Source: Anaeramoeba ignava BMAN
Lineage: Eukaryota; Protista; Anaeramoebae
DNA length: 64,000 bases
Direction: 5' to 3'
NCBI GenBank assembly: GCA_028826165.1
Contig: JAPDFW010000065.1
Coordinates: 124,001 to 188,000, forward strand
Below are positions 63,506 through 64,000 of this stretch, in pieces (position 1 is the stretch's first letter; each line of letters opens with the position of its first letter). The translations under genes were made by a program, and so were the position numbers. Below the pieces are notes generated by a model. It made no database searches, was not told the DNA's origin, and saw only the letters and a list, made by a program, of their open reading frames with translations.

Positions 63506-64000
63506 ATGAAAAATAATTTAAAAAATTCTAAAAATAAAAAAAGAAAAATTGAAAATGATTCAATTATTCCTTCTGAAAATGATTCAGAATCTTCAGAAAT
63601 TGAAGATGAAACTGCAGATCTTTTAACAACTCAATTTCAAACAGATATTGCTAAAACATTACAATTAATTAGAGAAAAAAATCCTATAATTTATTCAGAA
63701 AAACCTAATTTTTTTCAAAAAAAATATAAAATTGAAGAAAATGTTAATCAAATTGATAAAAATAATGTTATTCAAGAAGAACAAAAGAAAAAAGTTCTTC
63801 AATCAATTCATTCAGAAGTTAAAAAGTTAGAGAATGATGATGATTTTTTTGTTATTAAAAAGAAATCAGAAGAAGAAAAAGAAAAAGATGATCAAGAATA
63901 TCAAAATTTTATATCAAATCAAAAAGAAAAGGTTTATATTTAAAATATAAATATAAATATAAATATAATTAGAAAATTAAATATAAATATAAATATAATT
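63506..64000 (+). CDS. KRI1: KRI1 ribosome-biogenesis factor, first exon; continues beyond the window
   Basis: SESSEIEDETADLLT..DIAKTLQLIREKNPIIY..FF and DDDFFVIKKKSEEEKEKDDQEYQNFI resemble Kri1. Donor GT near 63932. Confidence 0.75.

Noticed and set aside
1-64000. Inteins, transposase or reverse transcriptase ORFs, tRNA or rRNA genes
   Set aside because: No Hint/LAGLIDADG, DDE or RT motifs were recognised, and there is no GC-richer structured RNA segment. The calnexin insert is low-complexity coiled coil without intein termini. Small ncRNAs cannot be excluded by eye.

Overview
Extremely AT-rich, gene-dense eukaryotic DNA with the standard genetic code and GT-AG introns, many of them inflated by simple repeats. 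The style (BTB-TLDc paralogues, (NQ)n tails, TCATTT initiator before almost every ATG) suggests an anaerobic metamonad protist such as Anaeramoeba. That assignment is inference, not verified. Genes in order: Furry/Tao3 (runs off the left edge), NT-C2+DIL protein, a 39-aa metallothionein missed by the ORF track plus a decayed copy, short RMI1, divergent FEX/Fluc, NUFIP1/Rsa1-like, CaaX-tailed EF-hand protein, two BTB-TLDc genes, LIM protein, divergent calnexin, five tandem tri-ubiquitin-like genes, Rab, U1A/U2B'', Rab5-like, a third BTB-TLDc, Bet1-like SNARE, a second CaaX EF-hand, DH-PH RhoGEF, PheRS alpha, deoxynucleoside kinase, coiled-coil/PH protein and KRI1 (runs off the right edge). The strongest novelty candidates are: (1) the non-conjugatable tri-UBL array, whose variation is concentrated on the ubiquitin binding surface and one 13-aa cassette; (2) BTB-TLDc paralogues with swapped TLDc loops; (3) oppositely oriented arrays of a ~145-bp unit that bracket one BTB-TLDc gene and end in the promoters of the neighbouring genes. 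Several single-base frameshifts and a chimeric stretch at 40.2-41.8 kb indicate consensus errors, so all frameshift and pseudogene calls need read-level checks. All family assignments come from motif recognition by eye, with no database search.
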